Positions 40,306-50,500 of a stretch of DNA of 64,000 nucleotides are shown here, piece by piece; within the stretch, counting starts at the first letter, position 1, and every line of letters starts with the position of its first letter. The translations under genes and the position numbers were made by a program. The stretch is from Armatimonadota bacterium (GTDB taxonomy: Bacteria > Armatimonadota > UBA5829 > DSUL01), in contig JBDHZC010000001.1 of the NCBI GenBank assembly GCA_039811685.1, forward strand, positions 224,001-288,000. Reading direction: 5' to 3'. The notes under the pieces were generated by a model. That model ran no database searches. It was not told the DNA's origin and saw nothing but the letters and a program-made list of their open reading frames with translations.

Positions 40306-41103
40306 TCAGCGATGAAGAGAAGACGGCGGCAGAAAGCGCCACTGGGTATCGAAGACTTTCGGATACGCCAGGAGAACCGAGACGATCGCTCCAATGGCGG
40401 TAGAGGCTGACAGCATCAACATTACGACGATCTGGTAGCGGGCTGCCATGGACGGATCCGCTCCGGCCAGAATCTGGCCGGTCATCATTCCGGGAATACT
40501 GACAATGCCCACTGCGTTCATCGCGTTTATCGTTGGTATAAGCCCTGCGCCAAGCGCGGCCCTGATGCTGGTGCGTGAAGCTTCCCAGGGAGTGGCGCCC
40601 AGTGCCAGGAGCATCCAGACTTCTTCGGCTCTCTGTGTGAGATCGCCAAACAACCTCTCCAGAGTGAGCGCCACTCCCGTCATCGAGTTTCCGAGAATCA
40701 TCCCCGCGATTGGCAGAATGTACTGCGCCTGATACCACGGGCGAACATGGATGATCAACTGTGTCACAGCCAGAGTCACTGTCAGACCACTGAGGAGCAT
40801 GCTCACCAGTGAAGGTCCAAACAGAGAGCCAGGCCCGCTTCTGACCCTTCCAAGAAGAATGCGGGAGGCCGAGACCGTCATCAGCAAAAACAGTCCCCAG
40901 ACAACAAGTGCGGATTGGTTTCGAAAGACCCAGGTCAAGACCACACCCAGGGCAATGAGTTGCAGATACGTGCGTATCGAGCCCATCAACAGTGAGCGTC
41001 CCAGCCCGAGCGACAGCACGCATGAAAGAAGACCAGCAACGCTGACAAAGGCAGCAGAGAGCAGCAGATCGAAATAGCTGATTGGCAGGGCGCTGGAGTT
41101 CAC
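40306..41103 (-). CDS. ABC permease, UPF0014/FetB-like
   Basis: IAGMILGNSM, LALGATP, GIVSIPGMMTGQILAG and AARYQI. Confidence 0.9.
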   Translation of the reverse strand: MNSSALPISYFDLLLSAAFVSVAGLLSCVLSLGLGRSLLMGSIRTYLQLIALGVVLTWVFRNQSALVVWGLFLLMTVSASRILLGRVRSGPGSLFGPSLVSMLLSGLTVTLAVTQLIIHVRPWYQAQYILPIAGMILGNSMTGVALTLERLFGDLTQRAEEVWMLLALGATPWEASRTSIRAALGAGLIPTINAMNAVGIVSIPGMMTGQILAGADPSMAARYQIVVMLMLSASTAIGAIVSVLLAYPKVFDTQWRFLPPSSLHR

Positions 41104-41774
41104 TGGATTTCATCCAGTCTGCCTTCAGACAGTCTGAAGTTGCGGAAGCCTTCCAGACTTTCCTGACCGTGGCGGACGATCACCGCACAGTGCCCTTCGT
41201 CAGCAAATCTCCGTATTCGCGCAAGCAACTTTTGAGTGCTCTCGTGATCCAGGTTGGACGCCGGCTCGTCGCAAAGTAGGCACTCTGGCTTTGTCAAGAG
41301 TGTCCGCACGAAGGCGACTTTCTGTGCTTCTCCGCCTGAAAGCTCCGCAACTGAGCGATCCAGAGGAATCCTCTCGAGACCCAATGTGTCCAGCTCTACG
41401 CGTACAGTATCGGGCGACGGGACTTCGCCTCCATGTCTTCGATAGGTTTGGAGCGAATGAGGGAGCAGAACATTGTCAAGAACTGTTCCTGACACAAGAA
41501 CCGTTGTTTGTGGCATAAGAACCACGCTTCTGCGCCACATCGCAGGGGACACTGTGCGTTGCGCTTGCCCTCGCAGATAAACTTCTCCGCTCTCCAGGGC
41601 TGTGAGTTTGGCCAGACACCAGAGTAGGGTGGACTTGCCTGACCCACTCGGCCCAGAGATGGCTGCCACTTCTCCCGGAAGAATACTGAAGTTGACAGCG
41701 TTCAACACGCTCGCCTGCGCGGTGGCGTGACGGGCTGTGACTGAGTCGGCGGAGAGAATGGCTGGCTCGCTCAT
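41100..41774 (-). CDS. ABC ATP-binding protein, FetA-like
   Basis: [14 protein letters not shown] and LLCDEP; ATG 41774; overlaps the permease start. Confidence 0.88.
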   Translation of the reverse strand: MSEPAILSADSVTARHATAQASVLNAVNFSILPGEVAAISGPSGSGKSTLLWCLAKLTALESGEVYLRGQAQRTVSPAMWRRSVVLMPQTTVLVSGTVLDNVLLPHSLQTYRRHGGEVPSPDTVRVELDTLGLERIPLDRSVAELSGGEAQKVAFVRTLLTKPECLLCDEPASNLDHESTQKLLARIRRFADEGHCAVIVRHGQESLEGFRNFRLSEGRLDEIQ

Positions 41775-41867
41775 TTGTGATTTGTTCGCCGTGTCAGCTC
41801 TGACTCCTGCAGGGGCCCTCCAGCGCGCGCATTGAAGGCCGACAGAAGTGACGGCTATAATCGCCCT

Positions 41868-42665
41868 GTGAGTAAGCTTATTCTGGTAACAAACGATGAT
41901 GGGATCCACGCGGCAGGGATCCTGGAGTTGAAAAAGAGCCTGTCTGCGCTTGGAGACGTCGTGGTAGTGGCTCCAGACCGGGCGCGTAGCGCTTGCGGGC
42001 ACGGTATAACGCTGCACAAACCTCTCCGCGTCCACCGGGTTCGCCTGGCTGACAATGATCACGGATATTCAACCAGCGGGCTGCCAACGGACTGCGTTCA
42101 TATCGGGGTGATGGAGCTGTGTGATCGCAGGCCAGATCTTATCGTCTCCGGAATCAACCTTGGAGCGAACCTCGGATGGGAGCTGACGTATTCTGGCACT
42201 GTGGCGGGTGCTATGGAAGGGGCAGCTTTCGGAATCCCATCGTTTGCCATCTCAGTCACGACTTATGAGGATGGAGATGTTTTTGGGCTGGCCAGCAACT
42301 TTGCGCGCTTTACAGCTCAGCGGATTTTGTCAGAAGGTCTTCCAGATGGCGTTTTTCTCAATATCAACGTGCCCCCCGGCGACGGCGGCGACGTCACTGA
42401 GGTCGCCTTGACCCACCTGGGAATCCGGCGCTACCCAGGACGCGTGCAAACCCGCAAGGACCCTATGGGCCGCAGCTACTACTGGCTGGGAGGCGACGTC
42501 CCCACTGATGGCCTGGAGGAAGGAACAGACCTGCTGGCGGCCTCAGAGGGACAAATATCAGTGACACCCGTGCATCTTGATCTGACCGCCTATGCGTCAC
42601 TGGAGCGAATCAAGGGTTGGAGCCTGAAGACCTTCTCTGACCGGAAGGTTGCGCCTCAAAGCTGA
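41868..42665 (+). CDS. surE: 5'/3'-nucleotidase SurE
   Basis: ILVTNDDG, VVAP, SGINLGAN, YSGTVAGAMEG and ISVTP. Confidence 0.96.
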   Translation: MSKLILVTNDDGIHAAGILELKKSLSALGDVVVVAPDRARSACGHGITLHKPLRVHRVRLADNDHGYSTSGLPTDCVHIGVMELCDRRPDLIVSGINLGANLGWELTYSGTVAGAMEGAAFGIPSFAISVTTYEDGDVFGLASNFARFTAQRILSEGLPDGVFLNINVPPGDGGDVTEVALTHLGIRRYPGRVQTRKDPMGRSYYWLGGDVPTDGLEEGTDLLAASEGQISVTPVHLDLTAYASLERIKGWSLKTFSDRKVAPQS

Positions 42666-42759
42666 TGCAACAACAGCAGACCGCCTGCAATCGGCCTATC
42701 GGAGCCCCGTACAATTACTGATTTTTGACCCAATCGCCCTTTTATTCGGGAATCGCCCG

Positions 42760-42788
42760 TTGACAGGGAGCCTGTGTGCGCTTATTAT
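42760..42788 (+). promoter_or_regulatory. Sigma70-type promoter
   Basis: TTGACA (42760-42765), 17-bp spacer, TATTAT (42783-42788). Confidence 0.7.
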
Positions 42789-42806
42789 TGACATAGACTT
42801 CTGGTA

Positions 42807-42990
42807 ATAGGTGCGGTGAAAGCTCGCCACTGGGAGTCTGCTGGTCAGTCCACCTTCAGGCATGCTCGTCAGGCCTGGGTTGCTGCAAAACCCGGGCGCG
42901 CACCGTGAATGGAGGATTTGAGACTGTGACCAGATTTTCAGGCCCAAGAAAGCCGACCCTTACGCGCGGTACGGCTTCACCGTGGCCTAT
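42807..42990 (+). ncRNA. Candidate structured RNA or 5' leader
   Basis: Nested complementary segments with G-U pairs form a ~184-nt rod between the promoter and the RBS (folded by eye). Confidence 0.4.
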
Positions 42991-43011
42991 CTGACGAAAA
43001 GGAGAAAAAAG

Positions 43012-43551
43012 ATGGGTGGTTTGACCCGACTTGCCTCGTTTGCCGGAGCACTGGCAGTTGCCGTGTGTTCGGTAGCCAGTGCGCAGAACTATCCCACCGT
43101 TACGCTCTCATCTTACAATCCTGTGACGTTTGAGTATCGGTATCTCGTCACTCAGACGTCTGACGCCACCTATCCGTTTGGCAAGTTTGTAATTGACACA
43201 CAGGCTCAGACCAGTTGGTCTCTTTCCGGCCCGTTTGTCAACCTGGTCGATCAGGACTGGTTTGCGAGCTACTACGCCAGGACTGCCAGCGCGGACAGTG
43301 TGTACTGGCTCGCGACGTCCGACGATCAGGAAGTTCCAGACCACCAGGCCTGGCAGGGTGAGTTTGTTCTTGTAGCCCCGAACACTTCGCCTGTGCCAGG
43401 TAGCGTCCTCACCAAGGACGGAGTGGTTGGTTCCAACCATGTCTCCCAGGTGGATGTCCCCGGACCAGTGGTGCCGGAACCGGCCAGTCTGCTGGCTCTG
43501 GGTGGCGCGATGCTTGGATTGCCATTCATGCGACCAAGAAGGCGTTCTTAG
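43012..43551 (+). CDS. PEP-CTERM sorting domain protein
   Basis: Signal peptide; C-terminal VPEPASLLAL, TM helix and RPRRRS. Confidence 0.9.
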   Translation: MGGLTRLASFAGALAVAVCSVASAQNYPTVTLSSYNPVTFEYRYLVTQTSDATYPFGKFVIDTQAQTSWSLSGPFVNLVDQDWFASYYARTASADSVYWLATSDDQEVPDHQAWQGEFVLVAPNTSPVPGSVLTKDGVVGSNHVSQVDVPGPVVPEPASLLALGGAMLGLPFMRPRRRS

Positions 43552-43687
43552 GTAGAGCGCCAGTCTATTCGAAGGAGAAGGTAACCGATCCGGTGCGCTA
43601 GTGACGTCCTGAGTGCAGAGTTCAGTCTGTCTTGTAAGACGTGCACCAGAGACTCTGCCGCCGGAATCGAGAGGAAAGGTTCAAACT

Positions 43688-44251
43688 ATGAGAAGGTTTT
43701 TGATTTCCGTTGCCGCTGTTGGCGCCGCTACCGTGGCCCTGTGCGCTGCGTCTGTGGCGCGTGCTGATGTATTTCCTACGGTTGCATTTTCATTTGATGT
43801 GAATACGTTTACCTACACGTACACAGTCACGCAGCCGACAAACGCAACCTGGAAGTTTGGGTATCTGCAGATTGATACCGGTGTGAAGAATCAAGCTCCG
43901 ACCGGGCCGTGGCAGATTAGTGGTCCGTTTGTGAACAGCGTCGAGTTGCCGTGGCTCAAGGGCTCCAAATCTCTCACGCCGACTGCCGCATTTGCTTATT
44001 GGCAGGCGCCGACACCCAACGACGAGATCGACAACAATCTGCCTGACCCGTGGGTTGGGGTTTTCAAGCTCGTCGTTCCCAATAGCCAGCCAGTCTCTGG
44101 CTACTCGCTGACGATGGATGGGGCAGACGACAGCCACAACATCACCGTTATCGACGTTCCCGGACCGGCTGTTGTGCCAGAGCCTTCATCGCTCATTGCA
44201 TTGGGCTCTGCGGTGTGCTCAGGTCTGATGGTGATTCGTCGGAAGAAGTAG
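43688..44251 (+). CDS. PEP-CTERM sorting domain protein (paralog of the upstream gene)
   Basis: Signal peptide; C-terminal VPEPSSLIAL, TM helix and RRKK. Confidence 0.9.
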   Translation: MRRFLISVAAVGAATVALCAASVARADVFPTVAFSFDVNTFTYTYTVTQPTNATWKFGYLQIDTGVKNQAPTGPWQISGPFVNSVELPWLKGSKSLTPTAAFAYWQAPTPNDEIDNNLPDPWVGVFKLVVPNSQPVSGYSLTMDGADDSHNITVIDVPGPAVVPEPSSLIALGSAVCSGLMVIRRKK

Positions 44252-44379
44252 TCTCTTCGCAACCAGTCCAGTGTGCGCGGGCCGTGAGCTGAAATGCTCG
44301 CGGCCTTGTGCGCTTTTGAGCCCAACATGCAGCCCAGTTCAGCGCGAGTGGATGAGATGAAGCAGATAGTGGCGCGGTT

Positions 44380-46962
44380 ATGCTCAGGGTCCTCGACTTG
44401 CTGAGCTGTCATCGCGGCAGGCGGGCTCTGTGGCTATTTCTCGTCCTGGTTATCGCCTGTCCGGCAGTCTGTCTGGCGGGAGGTGGACGTCGAAACGTCG
44501 TCGTCGTCGCTAACAGCGGAAACTTGTCCTCAGTCTCTCTTGCTGACTACTATCGCGCTCAGCGAAATCTTCCGCAGAATCATCTGATTTTCATCAACTG
44601 TCCGTCCGATGAGGTTGTTAACTGGGAAACCTTTGACGCCAGAGTGCGTCGGCCGATCCGAGATGCCATTGTGGCTCTGGAGCGCGCGGGAAGGCAGATT
44701 GACTATATCGTGTTGACACGCGGCACCCCGCTTATGGCGACGCGTGGATCTGCAGTCTTTTCAGTCACAAGTGTGCTGACGTGTCTTTCAGAGCCCGACA
44801 TCGACGACCTGACTGTGAACCCGTACGGCCCGACCACCGCGCAGATTGGGGGCTTTGGCGGGACAGCAACGGTTGCGTCATTCTCTCATTCGCTGAACCT
44901 CTTTGGAAGACATCTCTATTTGGTGAGCCGGCTGGACGGTTACTCGGACGACCTTGTCAGGAGAATGATTGATGATACCACCATCGCAAAACCGGGTGGC
45001 GCATTTCTAATTGACCGTCGCCCCGGTTTGCAGTATCTCTACAAGGTGATGGATGACAGGCTGGGACTGGCTGCCAGCCTTTTGCGATCCCGAGGCACTC
45101 CTGTAATAGAAGAAAATACCTCTGCCTTTGCCACTGCCGGCACGGACCTTGCCGGGTATTTCAGCTGGGGCAGCAACGATCCGGCCTTCTCTCGCTCACT
45201 CTATCTTTCTTACCGCTTTCGACCGGGGAGTATCGCAGACACTTATGTTTCGACAAGTGGCAGAACGTTTATGCCTGGCACCGCGGGCGGTCAGTCACTC
45301 CTAGCCGATCTTTTGCCAGGGGGTCTGAGCGCAGGAGGCGCCTACGTCGCTGAGCCTTACGCCGCGCTGGCCGACTATCCTGATGTAATCTGTGATCGTT
45401 ACACGCTCGGGTACAACGCAGTAGAAAGTCTCTACGCCGCGTGTCCCGAAGTGTTCTGGCGTCAAGTTACTATAGGCGATCCGCTTCTTGCCCCTTATTC
45501 GACGCCTCCACAGGTTCAACTGTCTGTCCGTGACGGCGCCCAGTTTACGAATGCCATCAGCGTGACAGCAACTGCTGTTGACGCGCAAGGCGTCCAGAGA
45601 GTTGAGTTCTATCTGGATGACAAGCTGGTCTCCACCTCTTATCGTGCGCCGTTTTCCGCCGACGTTGACGCTCGATCCTTCTCGCGCGGGCAACATCGTC
45701 TCGAAGCGATAGCCTACGAAGCGGGCCCGGTTGCCACCCAGGGCAGCGCGGCAGTCTCCGTCAATCTCGTATCATCATCTGCGGCGCTTCTCTCGGCGCC
45801 GTCTCAGGCTTTTGGGATGCCGGACGGATCCAATGTGGTCATCAGTCCGGCCGTAGTCACCCTCCGAAGCGGTGCAGACACCTACTGGATAACCGCCTTC
45901 GATGGCTCCAGCGGAATAGAGGTACTTGGCAACGCACCACTTCAGGCTGGTGATTTTGTCATCATTCAGGGGCAAATCACTTCTCGCAACGGCCACCGAG
46001 CCATTGTTCAACAGTCCTGGCAGAAGCTTGGGACAACGATACCGGCGGAAGCAGTCTCGATCAGCGCTTCGTATCTGGGTGGAGTCAGTCCATCCATGCC
46101 GCAGACTCCTTCGGCGGGTGCGCGCGGAGCCTACAACGTTGGTCGAAGTGTACAGGTGTCGGGTTTTGTGGAGTCCGTAGACGCTGTTGCTGGACAGATA
46201 ATCCTCAGTACGCCTTCCGGTTCAGTCCGTGTACAGGTAGTTGATCACAGTGTGCAGGAGAGTTCTCCACCGGCCGAAAGCAGCTACGTGCGCGTGCGTG
46301 GAGTCTGTTCCACAGTCCTGGCCTCATCAGCCGTGAAACCGATCGTGATCGCTGCATCGTGGAGCTCGGTGACTGCTGTGGCGCCGCAGCTATGGCCTTT
46401 GCAGATCGTTAGAGGGTCGACAGCCATTGGGCTTCCTCTTGATCCGGCTGTCTCCGCGCCTGAGATACTTTTTAAGCCTGGACCAGGTGTCAGAGGCTCA
46501 ATCCCGCTCAATGACAACTTGTACTGGTGGTCTGAGGACTATGGAACGTGGATTCCGTTTATGGATCTGACATATCCTGGTGATTTTGCTGATCCGTCGG
46601 CCGGGAGCTCTTACTGGCTCGGTTCTGCTGTCAGCTTTGTGTGCCCGCTGGTCGGTTTTGACCCAACAGGGTACACCCCTGCGTGGACTGGTCTGGGCCG
46701 ATCTGGCGCCACTGTAGCGGCATTCAGAGGGTTGAGATCGTCTGTGTGGAATCAGATGCAGGTCAGCGATGGAATCATCCAGATCAGTATCTCCTCAGCG
46801 ATTCAGAAGGGCTGGCTGGAGCAGACCGGGTACATTTGGGATTCCTCCAGTCAGGTGATGACAGCCTTCAATCTCAACGGCTCAGGCCTCGTCAAGCCTG
46901 GTGTGGCGTATTTCCTCACATCACGCCGAGCTAATCTGGCCTTGATAGCGCCCCTTCCTTAG
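44380..46962 (+). CDS. TIGR03790-like secreted protein with Ig-like and further C-terminal domains
   Basis: VVVVAN..S..ADYY..R, YIVLTRGTP, LVSRLDG, YFSWGSND, YVAEPY and IGDPL; then an Ig-like segment GVQRVEFYLD...H.LEA.AY. Confidence 0.8.
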   Translation: MLRVLDLLSCHRGRRALWLFLVLVIACPAVCLAGGGRRNVVVVANSGNLSSVSLADYYRAQRNLPQNHLIFINCPSDEVVNWETFDARVRRPIRDAIVALERAGRQIDYIVLTRGTPLMATRGSAVFSVTSVLTCLSEPDIDDLTVNPYGPTTAQIGGFGGTATVASFSHSLNLFGRHLYLVSRLDGYSDDLVRRMIDDTTIAKPGGAFLIDRRPGLQYLYKVMDDRLGLAASLLRSRGTPVIEENTSAFATAGTDLAGYFSWGSNDPAFSRSLYLSYRFRPGSIADTYVSTSGRTFMPGTAGGQSLLADLLPGGLSAGGAYVAEPYAALADYPDVICDRYTLGYNAVESLYAACPEVFWRQVTIGDPLLAPYSTPPQVQLSVRDGAQFTNAISVTATAVDAQGVQRVEFYLDDKLVSTSYRAPFSADVDARSFSRGQHRLEAIAYEAGPVATQGSAAVSVNLVSSSAALLSAPSQAFGMPDGSNVVISPAVVTLRSGADTYWITAFDGSSGIEVLGNAPLQAGDFVIIQGQITSRNGHRAIVQQSWQKLGTTIPAEAVSISASYLGGVSPSMPQTPSAGARGAYNVGRSVQVSGFVESVDAVAGQIILSTPSGSVRVQVVDHSVQESSPPAESSYVRVRGVCSTVLASSAVKPIVIAASWSSVTAVAPQLWPLQIVRGSTAIGLPLDPAVSAPEILFKPGPGVRGSIPLNDNLYWWSEDYGTWIPFMDLTYPGDFADPSAGSSYWLGSAVSFVCPLVGFDPTGYTPAWTGLGRSGATVAAFRGLRSSVWNQMQVSDGIIQISISSAIQKGWLEQTGYIWDSSSQVMTAFNLNGSGLVKPGVAYFLTSRRANLALIAPLP

Positions 46963-47115
46963 CTCACAAAGTTCTGAGCGGTGTGGTTCTCGCCATTCGC
47001 ATCCACTTTCGGCAGAAGCAGGAGATTCTCTGTCACAAATTCAAGAAATAAAAGATTGCGCATTATTGCACAAATGCCCTATAATACATGTAACGTTTTC
47101 CTCAGAGGTGAGGCT

Positions 47116-47400
47116 ATGAGTAACATTGATGGAATCGTTCTGGATGTAAAGCCCAGGAACTCCGATGCTGGATGCAGGCAGACTTTGGTTGTCTACCTCG
47201 AAAATCTCTCGCATCATCTCACTCGCGTGCTGGTCAGCGAGAGCTACTTTCAAGATATTGCCAGACTCAAGCATGACGATCGTGTCCATATGACAGTTGG
47301 ACCTCGCATAGGTGACGAGGAAGAGGACACGCGAGCGCTGCTGGGGCCGATTGAGAAAGTGAGCCCGCTGCACCGCTTACTGTGCCACCATACCTGGTGA
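47116..47400 (+). CDS. Hypothetical protein (94 aa)
   Basis: GAGGTGAGG RBS before ATG 47116, with TATAAT in an AT-rich upstream region. Confidence 0.6.
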   Translation: MSNIDGIVLDVKPRNSDAGCRQTLVVYLENLSHHLTRVLVSESYFQDIARLKHDDRVHMTVGPRIGDEEEDTRALLGPIEKVSPLHRLLCHHTW

Positions 47401-47521
47401 TCGGGCAAACCGCACGTCCGGTAGATTGAACAGGATATTGAAGCGTAGTCAGCTGATGCCAGCGGATTGGCGTCTGCTCGAGTGGGTAAAAGCGTTTTCG
47501 AGTTAGCTGCGGATGCGTATG

Positions 47522-50500
47522 TCAGCGCGCTATCGAGTGTGTCTTTGGCTCTGAGAGGCTGAAGACCTTCTCAACAGCGGCCTCTCTGGAGAGTGTCTGC
47601 GGCACTCTCATTATGCGATCAGCGAGTAGCGCTCTCCCCAGATTGCGCTTTTGAAGCGTTCCTTCTACGATTACCACTGGTTCCGAAAACGCCAGATAGC
47701 CGCTGGAGCGATAAATATCCTCAAAGCATGTGACATCTATGAGGCCAAACTCATCTTCCAGGCAGAAAAACAGCACTCGTGTGCCAGATTTCGTGGGCGG
47801 TGTGTGAGGGCAGATCGTCAACCCGCCAACTCGAACCTTTTGCCCTCCGGGAATCCACGCCAGATCCGCCGTTGTCAACAGTCCATAAGAGTCTAATTTT
47901 GGACGCAATAGTGAGACAAGGTGGCAGTTTGGATTTAGCCCGAGGACGCTGTACTCCATGCTTAGTCTCTCCGCTTCTGTGAAGTCCGGAAAAGCTTCCA
48001 CTGTGCCTTGCCCGGGCAATATGCTGTCAGGTTCAATATCCAGTAAACGGAGAGTTTCCTTTCTCTGCGCCAGCTTCGAAATCGCTTCCGACTGCCATAA
48101 TAATGCCCGCCGATGAGGGTGCAGACTGTCAAACGCACCTGCAATAATCAGCGCCTCAAGTTCATTCATTGCCGGATGGCAGCGCTCACAAAAATCTCGA
48201 ATATCGTTAAATGGCGCTTCGGAGTGAATCCTGCGTCCAAGCGTATCTGACAGCCCACGCGCCTGCCGAAAGCCAATTCGTATAGCGTCGTCTGTGGATG
48301 TAGCCAGGTAGTGGCTTTCGTTAATATCCAGCGGAAGAATTAATATTCCTCGGTTTCGCGCCTGTGAAACGATGGTGTTCGGCGGGTAAAATCCCATCGG
48401 CTGATTGTTCAGAAGCCCTGCCAGATAGTGCGCCGGATGGTGGTTTAGCAGGTAGGCGCTTTTGTAGGCAATCTCGCCAAAGGCTCGCGCATGTCCTTCC
48501 GCAAAGCCGTACCCCGCAAATCCCGCAACGCACTTAAAGACTTTTTCTGCTGTATCCCGTTCAACACCGTTCGCCAGAGCTTTCCTGATAAAGTTGCCTC
48601 GCAACTCCTCCATCGCCTTCTTTGAGCGCGCATGCGTGATCATTTTTCGCAGGATGTCCGCCTCTCCCGGGGTCAGCTTTGCCGCCGCGCAAGCCACTTC
48701 AATAACCTGCTCCTGGAAAATAATTACTCCGAATGTGTGCTTCAAGGGTTCTTCAAGCGCCGGATGCATATACTCAACAGGTTCCAATCCCAGCTTCCTG
48801 CGGATATACGTATCTACCATACCGCCCATTCCCGGCCCAGGACGAATCAGTGCGATGCTGTCAATGATATCCTTCATAGAGTCTGTCTTGACCCGGACAT
48901 GAAGCGCGCGCTGGGCTGGACTCTGCAGCTCAAATGCGCCAACAGCCTGTCCTGAGCGTATCATCTCGAAGGTCGTGGGGTCGTTGTGTGGAATGCTTTC
49001 AAAGCGACAGACTGGCTTTGCCTGATCTACCGCTTCCAGAATCGGCAGCGATAGCAGATCCATCTTCAGGCCCACATATTCGATGTCGTCTTTGTCGAAA
49101 TGAGCGATTCGCGCAATGCCTTTGGCTGTTGGCTGTAGGGGTGTATAGTTAAGTATAGGATGTGTGGTAATAACTATACCGCATAAGTGTGTGGAAATCA
49201 TTCTGGGCAAGCCTGCCACTCGTGCGCACATCGCGAAGAGATGTTCATAGCGCTTGGCTGATGTCCTCTGCCGGGCAGCTTGTGGCTGCTTTTCCATCTG
49301 CTCGGCTATCTCATCGGCATTGGTCGAGCGGAGGCGCCTGGCAAGTAGTCCGATTTCGTCCTCCGGCAACTCCATAGCTTTGCCAATTTCCCGGAGCGCC
49401 GAGCGCGCGCGAAACGTGGAGAATGTACACACCGCGCCGACATGGTCCACTCCGTAGCGTTCCTGAACCCAGGTGACAAGTTCGTCGCGCTGTTCGCGGG
49501 GGAAATCAATATCAATGTCCGGCATTTGTGAGCGCTCCAGAGACATAAAGCGCTCGAAGCGAAGATTGGCGCCAATGGGATCGATGTCTGATATACCCAG
49601 ACAGTGGCCGACGGCGCAGTCCACTACAGATCCGCGCCCGGATGTGCGGATGCCGCGCAGCTTCGCCTCACGCACAATATCCCAGACTACCAGAAAGTAA
49701 CTCTCACAGCGCAGGCGTCCGATAATCCGCAGCTCATGGTTAAGACGGGCTTCAATGACAGGTGTCAACTTTCCATAGCGCTGGCGGGCGCCCTGGTAGG
49801 TGAGTTTGCGCAAAAACTGAGCGGGTGTCCCTTCACAGATTGCCGGCGTTGGAATGTCCGGACGTGCCATATCCAGTACATTGTCATCGCACGTAGCGGC
49901 AATGCGGTCAGTGTTGGTCAGAGCATCCAGGCGGGTACGGAAGCGGTTGTAGAAAAGTTGCGGCGGCAGGAGAAATTGTTCGGCGTTCAAGGGGCGCAAA
50001 GGGTGTGGTTCGTCGACTTTTGTGAGGGTGCGACAGCAGGTCAGAATGTCATGGGTTGGCAGATCGTCACGGTCAAGGTAGTGGACGTTGTTGGTAGCCG
50101 CAACAGGTATCTTCAATTCATCCGCCAGTGCGCATAAATCGGAGAGCAGCCGCCTTTCATGCGGCAGGAACAGGCGCTGGAGTTCAATGAAAAATCTGTC
50201 TCCAAAGATACGGCGATATTCCAGGGCTGTCTGTCGCGCCTCGATCCGGCGGCCTTCCAGAAGCAGGCGAGAGATCTCCCCTTTGCGGCAGCCAGATAAA
50301 GCGATGAGGCCTTGCGAATGTTCGAACAGTCTCTCAGCAGGCGTCGCGGGAGTGCGCCGGCCACCGTATTCATAACCCAGTGTAATCAGCCGGCAGAGAT
50401 TCTGGTATCCGTGGGACGTAGCGGCCAGTAAGGTTATATGGTTGGGGCCAGCCTGTTCATTTGCGCGCGACTGCAGGCTCAACTCCGCGCCCAGAATCGG

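Noticed and set aside
42827..42837. GCCACTGGGAG resembling part of a cobalamin riboswitch
   Set aside because: The other B12-box elements (GGGAA, CCCGC.ACTGT, AG.CAG) are not in the expected arrangement.
47402..47412. GGGCAAACC resembling the start of a c-di-GMP-I aptamer
   Set aside because: No following GAAA tetraloop or GACGCAAAG, and it lies between convergent gene ends.
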